DNA of 64,000 nucleotides, taken from positions 434,001 to 498,000 of the forward strand of contig JBLDXI010000032.1 in NCBI GenBank assembly GCA_047495785.1, in the 5' to 3' direction. Positions 24,326 through 36,289 of the stretch are shown in pieces. The DNA comes from Lepidodermella squamata (lineage: Eukaryota; Animalia; Gastrotricha). The position numbers and the translations under genes were made by a program. Position 1 is the stretch's first letter; each line of letters starts with the position of its first letter. A model generated the notes under the pieces. It was not told the DNA's origin. It did no database searches and worked only from the letters and a program-made list of their open reading frames with translations.

Positions 24326-24625
24326 TTTTTCAAAATCTGTGATTTGTGATATTTTTTAAATAAAATCAGCAAAATGATGTGATTAGTAATTTAATTGAGC
24401 TAGAATGCTGCCTTATATTCACCCACGCAACCATCAGACTTATAGAGCATTTTTATATGCCATAAGCAACAATATTCTTCCCTCTACGTGCAAACTCCTC
24501 AACAAAAAACTCAGTAAACAAAAGGTTCAAGCAACACGCGCTATGACTATAGCAAGTGTATATGTATACACAAATTACAGCCATCTTAATTGATGTTAAT
24601 TCAATGTAAAATACACCCAGTCGCC

Positions 24626-25294
24626 ATGTTTATTCAGGCTCTAGTTGTTTCACTAGTGTCAATTTCCTACTTCGAAATTTGCCTCGCTGACGACCCGTGC
24701 GTCAGGCCAGCTGGCTGTATTGACCCGTGTTCAAATGCAAAGTGCAAAGGTGTTAAATTTCGCAATGAAAACCCGCCTTAGAAAAAGTGTTTTGTTTTAA
24801 CAGCCTATCCTAATGCCTTTTGCATGCCGTATTTCTGCGGTGGAGGTTGCGATTACCTGTTCTACCTGAACGGACGTCGCGTTATCTGCGACCCGGTTGA
24901 AACTACGACGTCCTCCTCAATTGAAACAACCACAGCGCTGATGCGACCCGAGTGCCCGGAAGTTCCATCTGGCATTGTTGGCACGTGCGCTAACTTGTGC
25001 TTCAACTGCGCGGATCGCCAGCAACTGTGCTGCTCGAACGGCTGTGGCACGCTGTGTAAAGACCCGATAATGGTGCCGTACAACGGCACTGACATCACGA
25101 CAACGGAGCCTATACCGCTAATTTTGCAACGCCTGAAATTGCAAGTCAGTGGCTCGTGCCCGCCGTTGCCGCCGGGCCAATGTCTGCCCGAGGTACCGAG
25201 CTGCGAGTTCATTTGTCCGATTCGAGGTCAATTATGCTGCTCCAACGGCTGTGGCAGTAAAACGTGCATGGACCCCAGCTTTTACAGCGTGTGA
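24626..25294 (+). CDS. Secreted cysteine-rich protein with two WAP (four-disulfide core)-like domains; exons 24626-24749 and 24804-25294
   Basis: Signal peptide MFIQALVVSLVSISYFEICLA, an in-frame phase-1 intron, CP...C...C..C....LCCSNGCG..C.DP twice, and Thr-rich linkers. Confidence 0.85.
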
Positions 25295-25953
25295 GAACAA
25301 TAAAAATGCCGAAGTTTTTCATTCAAAAATTTCCTTTTTTTATTGATATCGAACAAAAAAACACGTGTCCTTTGAGTGTGACAACCTTAACAATTTTGCA
25401 AAATATTTCGCTCAGCCCATGAAATGCTACATTAACGCGGATAATACACATGATTATTATGGATTTGGATAATGAGAGTATATACGTTCAAGGAATAACA
25501 GCACAAAGGATGGCCCAGCACCTATTCGGCAGAATAACGAGCCACAAAAAATAACATGTTAGAGCGAAAAAACCGAAACATTGAAAGAATAAACGCACAC
25601 CGTAAGTCGTTAACAAGCAGTATCGCATTAGGTATTTTTGATGATAGTCTCGAGGAGAAAATGCAGATATTTTAATGGTTAAATGATGATTTTTCTCGAA
25701 CTCAAAATCGTATCAACAAAAACTGAATTTTACGTTTTAAACCGTTTCACAATGAAAGAGAGAATTAATATATTTTTTACATAATATAGTGTAGTATTCA
25801 TCATCAGCTCAAACAACAAGATCTAGGAAAACAAAGATTTTGGTCAGTCAACTCAATTCAATAAAAAAAATAGTAATGTTTTTGGTGATGTTTTCCTGTC
25901 TGCGTTCAACTTCTTGATGGGCGATAAAATATAAATAAAAATACTACACGATT

Positions 25954-28900
25954 TTACTCTTCGCTATTGTTGGACTGTTTATCAATTGGTGTAGGCTGGG
26001 GCTGAGTTAAGGTAGAAGGTGGTGGCGTGTTATCTGGCGTTGGCCGCGGTGCGATTCCGGCCGGTCGCAGCGATTCAACTGGGGTGTTGGTGCGCTTCGG
26101 CGGCGAATTCGCACTGACCTGCTTGCAGTAGTAGCCTGAAAGTGGCGGCTCGTCGCCGATGCACGACGCCGCGCGGTACACGTGGATCAGCAGGCGAGGA
26201 AAGCGGTTCGTGAAAAACGTCAAAAACCCGTCTGGAATTTCACCAAGCGCCAGTTTTACCGGCTCAGGCAGTTCCTTTAAAGATTATATGAAAAAAATGA
26301 ATTTCCAATTAGCAAAAATGAAACTAAAATCTTAGTAAAATAACGAAATTAGAAATAAAAATCCTCCTTAAAATGTTACCTGATAATGATGCTTTTTGTT
26401 GCGAATAGCGCGCATCAAATCGCGAACTGAATTGCCGCGATAACTGCGGTGCGATCGCAGTTCAGCTTGCAATTCGTCGCCGACATGCCGCCGCCAGTCG
26501 TGGTTGACAATGTAAGAGGCGCCGCGTTCCAAATTGGTCAGTGCCGGGCACCCATCGCCCGGTTGTACTTTTTCCAACCGATCAGAAACGTCGAGCAAGA
26601 AAGACAACTGTTTGCCTAGAAAATCGATAAAATAAGTTGAAATGAAAATCCTCCTTAAAAATGAATAAGCCAATCAAAAATTCGAAATATATCAGAAAAT
26701 TGTTCAAATTCTTTTGAATTTATGTTTAATCAGTAATATCGAGTTATAACTTACCATTTGGCCAAAAAGTAGGGTGAACAAGGCATTCCTGTACAGTTGG
26801 TCGCTTCTGCGGGTCGAAAACAACCATCCATTCGCATAGATCCTTCGCCGGGTAAAAACCGAGCTGTTGCAACTCGAAAAAGTCAGCCTTGCCCGATTGA
26901 ATGTTAACCTGGCGACGCAGCGGTTCGCCAAACGGGTGTTTACCACTCGTCATTGCGTAATAAATCAGACAACCGGCTGAAAATATGTCAACAGCCGGCG
27001 TAATATTCGGCATTTTACTCGTTTCAACAATATTTCCATCCCCAGCTCCAGTGCCATTCGCCGGGAAGCAGTGCAGCAAAATCTCTGGGGCGATCCAACC
27101 CTCAGTTCCGCCGATTGTTCGGCCCATGGTCGATGATTTTGCGACCCAACTTGACGAATGCGAAATCCGTTTGCAAAGCCCGAAATCGCTGATCATCGCC
27201 CGAACTCTCGTATTTGTCTTACTTTCAGGCATTGAAATCAACACATTAGCTGGCTTCAAATCGCGATGAACGATTCCAAGGCTATGCAAATGTTGGAGCC
27301 CATGTAAAGCCTGTTCAATGATGGTCAACGGAGGCAATGGGCAGGTTTCGGTTAATTTCCCTTCAACGTAATCTGCCAGTGTCCCGGCGGCTAGTTCAAG
27401 TGCCAAATAGCAGAAATGCGAGTCAGTTTCAGTCAAAAAATAGCGGATCACATTAGAATGTTTATCAGATAACCGGAGTAATTGCGCTTCTTTCTCGGCT
27501 AGGCCGCATAATTCAGGTACAAGTCGCTTGACAGCAACTCTTCTACCATCGAATTTACCCTCGTAAACAATAGTGCCAGCAGAACCATAGCCTAAAATGG
27601 TATCAGGGTAGAATTCGAGTTTGCCAACGTGGTACACTTTGCGACCAGACGAGTCTGTATGATCCAATATCGTGCTTTTTGTGGTTTGAGCCCCGGTTGA
27701 TGATGAAACTGGCTTTTTACGACCACGAGTGAAATAGAAAGAAGTGCCAACTGCAACCACGACCGCGACTAATAGCGACGATAAATAAAAGGCGAACCCC
27801 ATTAAATGATCAGTATCAGGGGTCGCATCGTCGCCGGCAGTTGGCCCGGGCAATCGAGGTACATTAGGAATGAAACTAGGGTAACTGAATAAATCGCCAT
27901 GAGCTGGTATCAACTCGAGCGCAGTTTTATCAGGCATATTGTAGTAGCCCTGTAAATACGACCCAGTTTTCTCTTCTTCGACACTTTTCGGCATGTTAGT
28001 CGGATGAGGTGCAACTTCCACAGAACCACCGGCTAATAGCTGCTGTTTGTCATTCGCCAACAACTTAATGGAATCTTGCATTAGACCAAGGGTAGGCATA
28101 GTATAGGCACCGTATTTTGACGAGCCGACAAACAAAATGGCTTGGATACTTGGCGCTAATAGTGCAGTTCGTTGACGAAAGGAGAGATCTTTCAGCAATG
28201 AGGACGGCCCTTTAGGGTTTAACAGTAGATTTAAGGCGTCTGGGACGAATGTATTAAATGGAACTCTTTGCAATCCAGCAGCTTCCCATAGAAAAATTCC
28301 CGCCACCGGAGATCCGAAATCTTTAAACCACAGCAGTTCGCCCGTGGTTTCATCAGCTGTTGCTAATATTCCTCCTGTGCTGGTGGTTAAATGACGCAAA
28401 TCGTAGTCTTGAACGTCGAGATTTGCGTGGGATGAATAATCCATAAATGAGCCGAACCACTTCTTTTGACGTGAGTTAGAATCGAAAACGCCCAGATTGT
28501 ACTCACTTCGTCCGACGTAAGCTATTTCACTTGCTTGCGATGGATGTTCATTATTGGCGGGGCACATTTTCTCGAAACCACGATCCAGCGTTACTGTCTC
28601 CACTTTCTCGCCACTGGTCATATCTAAAAGAAATAATTTTCTATAGACTAGTCATTTATTGAAATTGCAATTCTTACTGATGGCGATCCAAACATCCCGC
28701 TTTGAGCCGGCGTACAAGTGACCATTCGCAGTCCGTGAAGGAGACAACGCCACGAGTTGTGGTATAGAAAAAGGGTATTTTGACAATTGGTTGCCATCAT
28801 AAGCGTATAAAGAGCCGTCTTTAGGGTTTGGAATGAGCAAGAACTCTTTCACGCTGTCTTGTGTGACCTGAGTGTGAAATTGAGAAATAACAGATGAATG

Positions 28901-29260
28901 ATTGATCAGTTGACTGCAAAACGCACTTTAATCAGAGGTTCTTCTGTAGTTTTCCATAACAAGCTACCACTTCGCTGACCGACACAGTGTAACGAGCCAT
29001 CCATCGTCAATACGACCTGAAATTATATGCGTGAACCAGGAGTGTTGAAACACACGCCATGCTGAAATTACCATATGTCTGTCTACATTAGTCGTCTTAA
29101 GTTCTTGAGGAGCATTGCCGACCAGAGAACTCGCAGGTGACGGAAAGTCATCAACGGCAACGACGGATAAATCGGCACTCTGGTTAGCTCTAGCTGTTCT
29201 TGAGCAGATTAAAAGCAGGAGCGCCAACAATGACGCCAAGGAAGGTAGATCAGACCGCAT
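25954..29260 (-). CDS. IRE1: IRE1 ER stress sensor (luminal domain, TM, kinase, KEN RNase), about 6 exons
   Basis: Signal peptide; luminal IPNPKDGSLY..PFSIPQLV..SP; kinase LGYGSAGTIVY, VAVKR, HRDLKPAN, ISDFGLCK, GTEGWIAPE; RNase FLLDVSDRLE, SVRDLMRAIRNKKHHY, FFTNRFPRLLIHVY. Confidence 0.97.
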
Positions 29261-29909
29261 GCCGGAATCGTTCGCGTTCACATATCATTTTCAATTATTC
29301 AGTACTCTCTGAACTCATTTTGCTAGCTAGAAAACGATGAAAAATATAAAGAAGTTATTAGCAACCAGCTGATGAGCATGTGTGAAAAGCTGTCCGCTGT
29401 CTCAATTATTTTCAAAATATTGTTCATGCGGTGACGAAAATCAAACGAGAGTTCCTGCATAAAGACATAAATAGCTGAATTTCACAAGCTGAACCAAAAG
29501 TTGAACCAACACCATTTACGAATTTCACGGCTCCGAGGACGCTCTCGGCCTCTTAGACGTCCCTTTCATGAATTGAGTTCAAAGCAAAACCACAAGATGT
29601 AAACAGTTATACTAACAAGAGTTAAAGCCATGAATCAGCGGCCACGTATGAAGGAAACATCGAGAGCTTCGCATCATGATGCAAGAGCCAAAAAAAACAG
29701 GGTGACCTCACAAAAGTATTCCCGCGTAAATTCAAATCATTTTCAACGAAGAATTTTATCCACATGTAATCCTTGTTTTAATAGAAATTTTTATATGAAA
29801 CTGAATTTCAGCTATTAAAAAAAGCAACGCGTTTTTTTGTAGGCGCAGCGGCGCCGGCATGTTTTCTTTGTTTTTGTTCAGCTTTTTCGGCAATGATCGT
29901 GCCCCTATG

Positions 29910-29920
29910 TGACGTGTCAT
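29910..29920. promoter_or_regulatory. Candidate XBP1/CREB3-type (UPRE-like) site in the IRE1-cyclophilin divergent promoter
   Basis: TGACGTGTCAT lies between the head-to-head start codons at 29260 (-) and 30208 (+). Confidence 0.4.
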
Positions 29921-30207
29921 CACAGCATGTGACATGATCCTTCTTTCGTAAATTCGCGTGATTTTCTGCGCCAAGTATTTGCAGTTTTTAGCTTCAAATC
30001 GTATATCCATCAACCCGTAAGCGCGGCGTTTTTAAAATGTAGTTCGCGACTTTCGACTTCCTCTAGTCTTCAATTTTCGGCTTGGAATTTAGAATTACTA
30101 TTTTACATTCCCCCCGCTGCTGAGTCATAATTTCATGGAACTTGACATTTCTATGTTCAATTTTCTCACTAATAGGCTTGAATTTATTTCTCCTGGTATC
30201 GTTAGTA

Positions 30208-30781
30208 ATGGCCAACCCTCGTGTCTTTTTCGACATCTCCATCGATGGCGCCAATGCTGGCCGCCTGACCTTCGAGTTGCTCGCCAACGACGTTCCCCGC
30301 ACCGCTGAGAACTTCCGTGCCCTCTGCACCGGCGAGAAGGGCGTTGGCAAGTCTGGCAAGCCCCTTCACTACAAGGGCAGCGCTTTCCACCGGTAAATAA
30401 ATACCTCAACTTGTAATGATTTGTATTTCATAATCTCAACATCTTCGTAGTGTCATCCCCGACTTCATGTGCCAAGGTGGTGACTTCACCGCTGGCAACG
30501 GCACTGGTGGCGAGTCGATCTACGGTGCCAAGTTCCAGGACGAAAACTTCAAGCACAAGCACACCGGCCCTGGCCTCCTGTCCATGGCTAACGCTGGCCC
30601 CAACACCAACGGTTCGCAGTTCTTCTTGACCACCGTCGCCTGCCCGTGGCTCGACGGCAAGCACGTTGTCTTCGGCAAGATGGTCGAGGGCCACGACCTC
30701 CTGAAGACCATCGAAAAGTGCGGCAGCAAGTCCGGCACTCCTACCAAGCGTGTCGTCATCGCTGACTGCGGCCAACTGTAA
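30208..30781 (+). CDS. Cytosolic cyclophilin PPIase, divergent-loop type; exons 30208-30392 and 30451-30781
   Basis: [69 protein letters not shown]; strong codon bias. Confidence 0.97.
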
Positions 30782-31055
30782 ACATGACATCGCAATTCCA
30801 CAATTTATGAAGCGTTGTGAACGCTTAAAAACAAGGACAATATTGATCAATATGAACCTATAAATGATAAATATTAGTCATGCTATTGCAAATAATGTCT
30901 ACTATTGAATTATATTGAAACTGCTTTGCTATAGTCAGAGGACCGTTGTGCGTAATAAGTCTTTTTCCTGATTATCTTGCCTGGTGATTTCGTGGAAGTA
31001 AATCTTTCGTTGGCTAAAAACGCTGTTTGTAATTGATAGAGTTATGTAACTGAAA

Positions 31056-32531
31056 ATGACGTCAACGGAACTTCAACATTGCTTGACGCTGGACGCGAGG
31101 TACGCCCCACTGCGCTTTCAGGATTCATCATTTCGCACATTATATCTGCGGCGACGGCGTCAGTTGCTTACAGGAGCTTCTCGGTCAAAAGATTATCTTC
31201 AGCTTAGATCACAAATGCTCAAAGTGCAGTTCGGCAATACAGGCCAAGGATCGATACGAGGTTCTATCACCTCGTCACAACAAGACAGCTTCAATCAAAG
31301 CTTTGTTCATAGAACTACTAGTGCGAGTAGACCAATGAGAGGTCCACCATCTATCAATTCGATGATATCAGATACGCCCTCAAAAGCCGGCTCGCCTAGT
31401 CCAGCATCGAATCCAAATAGGCCACCGCCACCTCCAACTTCGTACACATTCAACGGCGTCTTTCACATTTTCGACGACCATACCCAGAAAGTTACCCGGC
31501 TTTTCTTCCTCAATGACGACAAATCTCGCTTGGCAACAGCGTCTAGTGACGGTAAAGTCGTGATTCGTCAAGTTCTTCCGCCCCCAGCGTCGACTGTTGC
31601 GGTTTTGAAGCACAGCTGCGGGGTTGTTGACATGGCTTGCTCGGAAACGAATGAACTACTGGTAACTGCGGCTCAAGATGCTACCGTCAGGCTATGGAGC
31701 CTCTCCCACGCGCAATGCATGCGATCTATAATGTTATCATCGCCTCACATGCCAACTTTGACGCGATTCGTACCGTTGAATAACAACTTCATCTTGGTCG
31801 GAACTTCAAAACAAACCGTGCAATTAATCAACATTTCAACTGGCAGATCGGTGAAGAGAGGAACTGGGAAAATTGGTGGACAGGCTCTATCAATTTGCTT
31901 CCAGCGAGATTTAAAAACTTTTTGGCTCGGCGATGATACTGGATCGATTTACTCCTTTGTAATTGACCCGGCTGTTAGTTCACTGACTCGGATTCATAAG
32001 ATTACAGTTGCTGAGGGAATGCCGATTAATTCATTGGGTTGCCGCATTTTACCTACTTTAAAACGACCGCCTAATTCTACCAAAAAATCTACTTCGACCG
32101 AAGATTCATTGTTATTGATTGGGGCAGGGTCGAATTTATGGCTCTTCACCATTGGCTCGAGTTCATCTAGTTCGAATTCAACTTTGTCACCGCTTTCTGC
32201 TAGTGGAATGAATTCATTAGCGCCTAGACCTGTTTGCCAGGTTCCGATTAGGCTGGACGGAGCTGCTTCATTCGCGCCGCTTTTGACCTCATCGCGTTGG
32301 CTGGTTATTGCTGCTGGGACCGGGGATCCGCACCGAGAACACCTAGTCACCTTGATTGCGGTCGATTCTGCTGCGGCGGTGCCTGATCTGGTTTTTACGG
32401 CCGGGTCTCCAGTTGTGCTAACGGCTCTACCCGGCCATGCGTCGCCTGTTTGCTGCCTCGATTTTGCGTACGACGAAAGCTTGCTAGCCTCTGCCGACAG
32501 CAGTGGTACCGTTATTGTTTGGCGTCGATGA
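31056..32531 (+). CDS. WDR13: WD repeat protein 13, intronless
   Basis: N-terminal LTLDARY...FRTLYLRRRRQLL, Y.F.GV.HIFD.H, WD40 repeats, and C-terminal F.YDESLLASAD.SG.VIVWRR. Confidence 0.9.
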   Translation: MTSTELQHCLTLDARYAPLRFQDSSFRTLYLRRRRQLLTGASRSKDYLQLRSQMLKVQFGNTGQGSIRGSITSSQQDSFNQSFVHRTTSASRPMRGPPSINSMISDTPSKAGSPSPASNPNRPPPPPTSYTFNGVFHIFDDHTQKVTRLFFLNDDKSRLATASSDGKVVIRQVLPPPASTVAVLKHSCGVVDMACSETNELLVTAAQDATVRLWSLSHAQCMRSIMLSSPHMPTLTRFVPLNNNFILVGTSKQTVQLINISTGRSVKRGTGKIGGQALSICFQRDLKTFWLGDDTGSIYSFVIDPAVSSLTRIHKITVAEGMPINSLGCRILPTLKRPPNSTKKSTSTEDSLLLIGAGSNLWLFTIGSSSSSSNSTLSPLSASGMNSLAPRPVCQVPIRLDGAASFAPLLTSSRWLVIAAGTGDPHREHLVTLIAVDSAAAVPDLVFTAGSPVVLTALPGHASPVCCLDFAYDESLLASADSSGTVIVWRR

Positions 32532-33169
32532 TGGAATTCAATTTGTTTTGTAAATTATTCCAGATTATTATGTGCTATTTTTTGTAACTTGCTGTCACTT
32601 CTCAATTCACGTAGTGTTGTTTTTAATGTTGAAAAAATCAAAGCTTCGCACTATTGAAATTTTGAATATTTAAATAAATTTGACCATTGCCTTTCAGTTT
32701 GCTGTTTTGTGACTCATACGAGACTTTGGGTCGAATTTTTGGGAACGTTGGAAACTGATTTACGGAATCGTGAATATTTGCACGTGAAAAAATTGACAGC
32801 ACAAAAAAACTTGGAAAACTTCAATTTCGAAAAGGCTCATAAAATCGTCTAAAACCGATATTGAGACAATTTATTCCCTTGAAATCATAACATATTTTCA
32901 GCACGACGAAAATAAGAATTTGAACTAGAATTCTCGGATAGAGATAGTAAAGGCGAGGTAGGACATTGAAAGCTATGCTTTGAAATTGATATACAGCTGC
33001 CGCGGTACTGACGTGAGCTGCTAATTACAGCAAATTATATATTATAAATTATAAACCGATGTAAGCGAGACCGTAACTTCTTGTCCAATGAATATCGCGC
33101 TCATAGAAGAAAGGATAGAAGGATATGTCTGCTTCTTAAACTGCCTTCATTTCTGATTTTCAAGCTAAA

Positions 33170-34366
33170 ATGAGCTGCTTCAGCTTCAATGCTACAGCTT
33201 ACAACGTTTCGCAGGAAAACACAACAACTGTCGGAAACTTTTCTTGTCCGAAGGCCAAAATGATCAATGGAGGCTGGATCAATGTTTATCTGCCTGAATC
33301 GGGCTACGATACTGCGAGACCGCAATTCATCGGCTGGTACCACGATCTTGATGTCACAATCAACAGCCGACTCGCTCACTTCGTGATGTTTGTTATCACC
33401 TTAGTCCTTGTGGCGCTGGTAACAATCATTAGCTGTATCGATTTGTACAAACGTCGAGTAAAACGCAATTTTCTCATGCTTATCGCAATAAATGGGGCTA
33501 GAAATATCGCTTTCACATCGCTCTACACAATCGGTCTCGCGATTAGTTTGAAAACTGGCTCGTGGGAGGCGAATCATTGGACTTGCCCGACTGTATTTTG
33601 GGCTCTCTTCGTCCAAGGAGCTTTTGGAACTTACATGAATGCCTTGATCTCATATGAACGCCGTCTTTGTATTCTGTCAAATAGCCCAAATTATCAGACT
33701 AACACAAAGCGGCTCCTCTCATGGGTGTTGGGCATCATCTGTTGCTTCACTGTAGTAAGTTTCTTTATGGGAATATGGCCTCATCAAGTCTGGCGGAATG
33801 AATTGATTGAGATCGAAGGGTTCAACGATGGCAACCCCGTTTGGATTTGCACGGGTTTTCACTACAGGCTTACTGCTGACCTCGACTCAAGCTTCCTACT
33901 GTTCCTGTATTACTTGACCGGCGTCGCGTTTCCGGCATGTTTCCTTGCCAACAATTACTACAGAATTTTTCGATGTATTCGAGATTCAAAGAGACAAATG
34001 ATGATTAGTTTTAGCACAGGAACAAGCAGTTTGAATTCGAATGCGCAAGCTCGTTTAGTCAAGCTGGCTAAACGGCGTGATCGAGAATTTTTCTTTGCTC
34101 AGCAGTCAGTTGTGGTTTTTGCCATATTCTGCACTTTCCATCTGCCTGGGTTTCTCGCGTTCACCTTAGAAATGTTCTACCCTGAGTTGGGCCCGCGTCA
34201 TGCCTCAAGTTGGCTGCATAAGCTAGGAATGTTTTTCATTTTCTTGCAGGCCATTGTAGGATCTTGCATTCAGATGATCAAGCCTGGCTGGACTTCGAAA
34301 TTTTCATTGCTTCTGTCAAAACGAAAAAACAACATGGTCACAGCACAGTCGCTGCATCAGGGCTAA
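33170..34366 (+). CDS. Orphan rhodopsin-like 7TM receptor, intronless
   Basis: N-terminal N-glycosylation sequons, seven hydrophobic segments, W..C before TM3, ALISYERR (DRY-like), ECL2 Cys, TM5 P....NYYRIF, TM6 F..FHLP. Confidence 0.82.
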   Translation: MSCFSFNATAYNVSQENTTTVGNFSCPKAKMINGGWINVYLPESGYDTARPQFIGWYHDLDVTINSRLAHFVMFVITLVLVALVTIISCIDLYKRRVKRNFLMLIAINGARNIAFTSLYTIGLAISLKTGSWEANHWTCPTVFWALFVQGAFGTYMNALISYERRLCILSNSPNYQTNTKRLLSWVLGIICCFTVVSFFMGIWPHQVWRNELIEIEGFNDGNPVWICTGFHYRLTADLDSSFLLFLYYLTGVAFPACFLANNYYRIFRCIRDSKRQMMISFSTGTSSLNSNAQARLVKLAKRRDREFFFAQQSVVVFAIFCTFHLPGFLAFTLEMFYPELGPRHASSWLHKLGMFFIFLQAIVGSCIQMIKPGWTSKFSLLLSKRKNNMVTAQSLHQG

Positions 34367-36289
34367 AGGTTTCTTTTAGCACAAAGCATTCTTTGACTGA
34401 TATATTATAGTTGAGGCAAACAGTTTCTCGGTATTATTTTTGATAACATTAAAAAATACTCCCGCCAGGTTGCTCCAGCCACCGATCAAAAGAACTTTGC
34501 TATCGTACTGGTTATCGCATGTAATTGAGGTGTAACGACGCCTTGAGAATCATTGCAGTTATGATTTCCCCAGCCGCGGACGATAAGCAATCGACCTTGA
34601 CAGCCTGAACATACCATGTTGCTGACCAGTCAAATCTTCGGAAGGGGGAAAATATTGTAAACTGGCGAAAGTATTGCGGCAAAATTCGGCCTGAAGATGT
34701 TTAGGTGATTAGCTACCTTTATTCCGGCAGTTTGGTGTCTAAAGACCGCGAGTACAACCGGCAGCTGGTGACACGCCGCTTGGCAATTGTGGATGTCACT
34801 GTGTCGAAAAGGACGTTTGAGATGAATAATGAGGCAATCCCGTGATAACTTCGTCATATTCTCATATATATTAGTGATATTAAGCAAGTTGTTGTCCGAA
34901 GGTGAGACGGTGGAGGGGTTTCGTACACTTACCTATTACCTACTATTGTACTCAGTGTTTTTTCGGACTTTTTCCGAAGTGCGAGTTCTCCCGCGACTTG
35001 AACGAGTTGCGTGCCCGTTTGTTACACAGTGAAACAAGAAAATTCTAAAATAAAATCTGGCAGCTCATAGCTTAGTTTCCGCTTATATCGAAATACCACG
35101 TTCGGTACGATTTGCCCTCGCTCCTTCCGGCCACTCCGTGTACTTTGAAGCATTGAGGATGTCGCTGCCAAGGAGCAACGATCCCTCGGCCCCCAATTTA
35201 ACTTAACTAAACTATCCTGATGTTGTTTCTTATCAAAACCCCCTGAGGTTTTTATTAGTTGCTAAGCTTCTAATCAGACCCCAAGGCAACTGTCTTACTT
35301 GCCCAATGGATGACCCGGCCTTGCTTATCTAGTGCCAATGGTCCAACGCAAAAACTGACAACAAATCATTCATACCCGAGAAATTCATTCATTTTCATTA
35401 ATTTACCTGTCACCGATCACTCGACGACTCATCGGAGACCCTTCACCTTTGTGCATCGCCGTTGTTACAGTCGACCCTATGCCTCAAGTGTGAGGGAAAT
35501 CGAGTCAATCTCGGGAAGATGAATCCCCGCAATTATCTTTTTCCGAGGATTTAATGGGCAAAAGAAGGGGATTGCACAAATCAATTTTCTGGGCAAAACG
35601 CCTCAAAAAGCATTAACAAGAAACGAGATGCTGATTGGCCTATTTGCTGCAAGATTCGTTGTCTCCCTCGAGTCGTAGCATTAGCGGTTCAAATCAAGAT
35701 CAAAATTTTTTTAATAAGATGCGGCAAACCTAAATCAAATAAATTATTTAAAATTTTCAATAATAATCTAAATTGAAAGTTTCTGCTCAAATTAATAAAA
35801 ACATTTATATATTTACAAAATTTTGTTGTCCTTCGCTGGTGGGAATAATGGGTATTTTTTCTCTTTTTCAGTGGGCGAAGTTGATGCGTCACGAATCCTG
35901 CTTGGCTTTGTTCAGGTTTTGCCCTCTGTATGTGATACCTTTAACCCATGACCTGCATTTTTGTGTGCTAATTTTCTGTTACATTGTTTTTCTCAATCAT
36001 GCGCTATAATACTTGTTTATTTATCCCCGCATGTGATCCTGCATTTATGCGGACATCGATCTATGATCTATGATTCATTTTTGGGCCACTATAAGTGCGA
36101 TAAAAAACATCCGACTTGAACCAGCAGTTATCTCCTAAACATTTTTTGTTATCTTACTAGAGTTATTGCACTGAACGTAATCAACCCCGTTTATCTTCTT
36201 GGTTGGTGAATGAAAGAACCTCCTCCCGTATCGTATCTATCAAGCATATCGCTACCAGACCACTTGTTTGCCACCTCGACCGCGACAAC

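Noticed and set aside
34400-35520. Moderately GC-rich region with short ORFs and a possible solo transposon end near 35300-35323
   Set aside because: Frames are interrupted, and no partner TIR or family motif could be identified.
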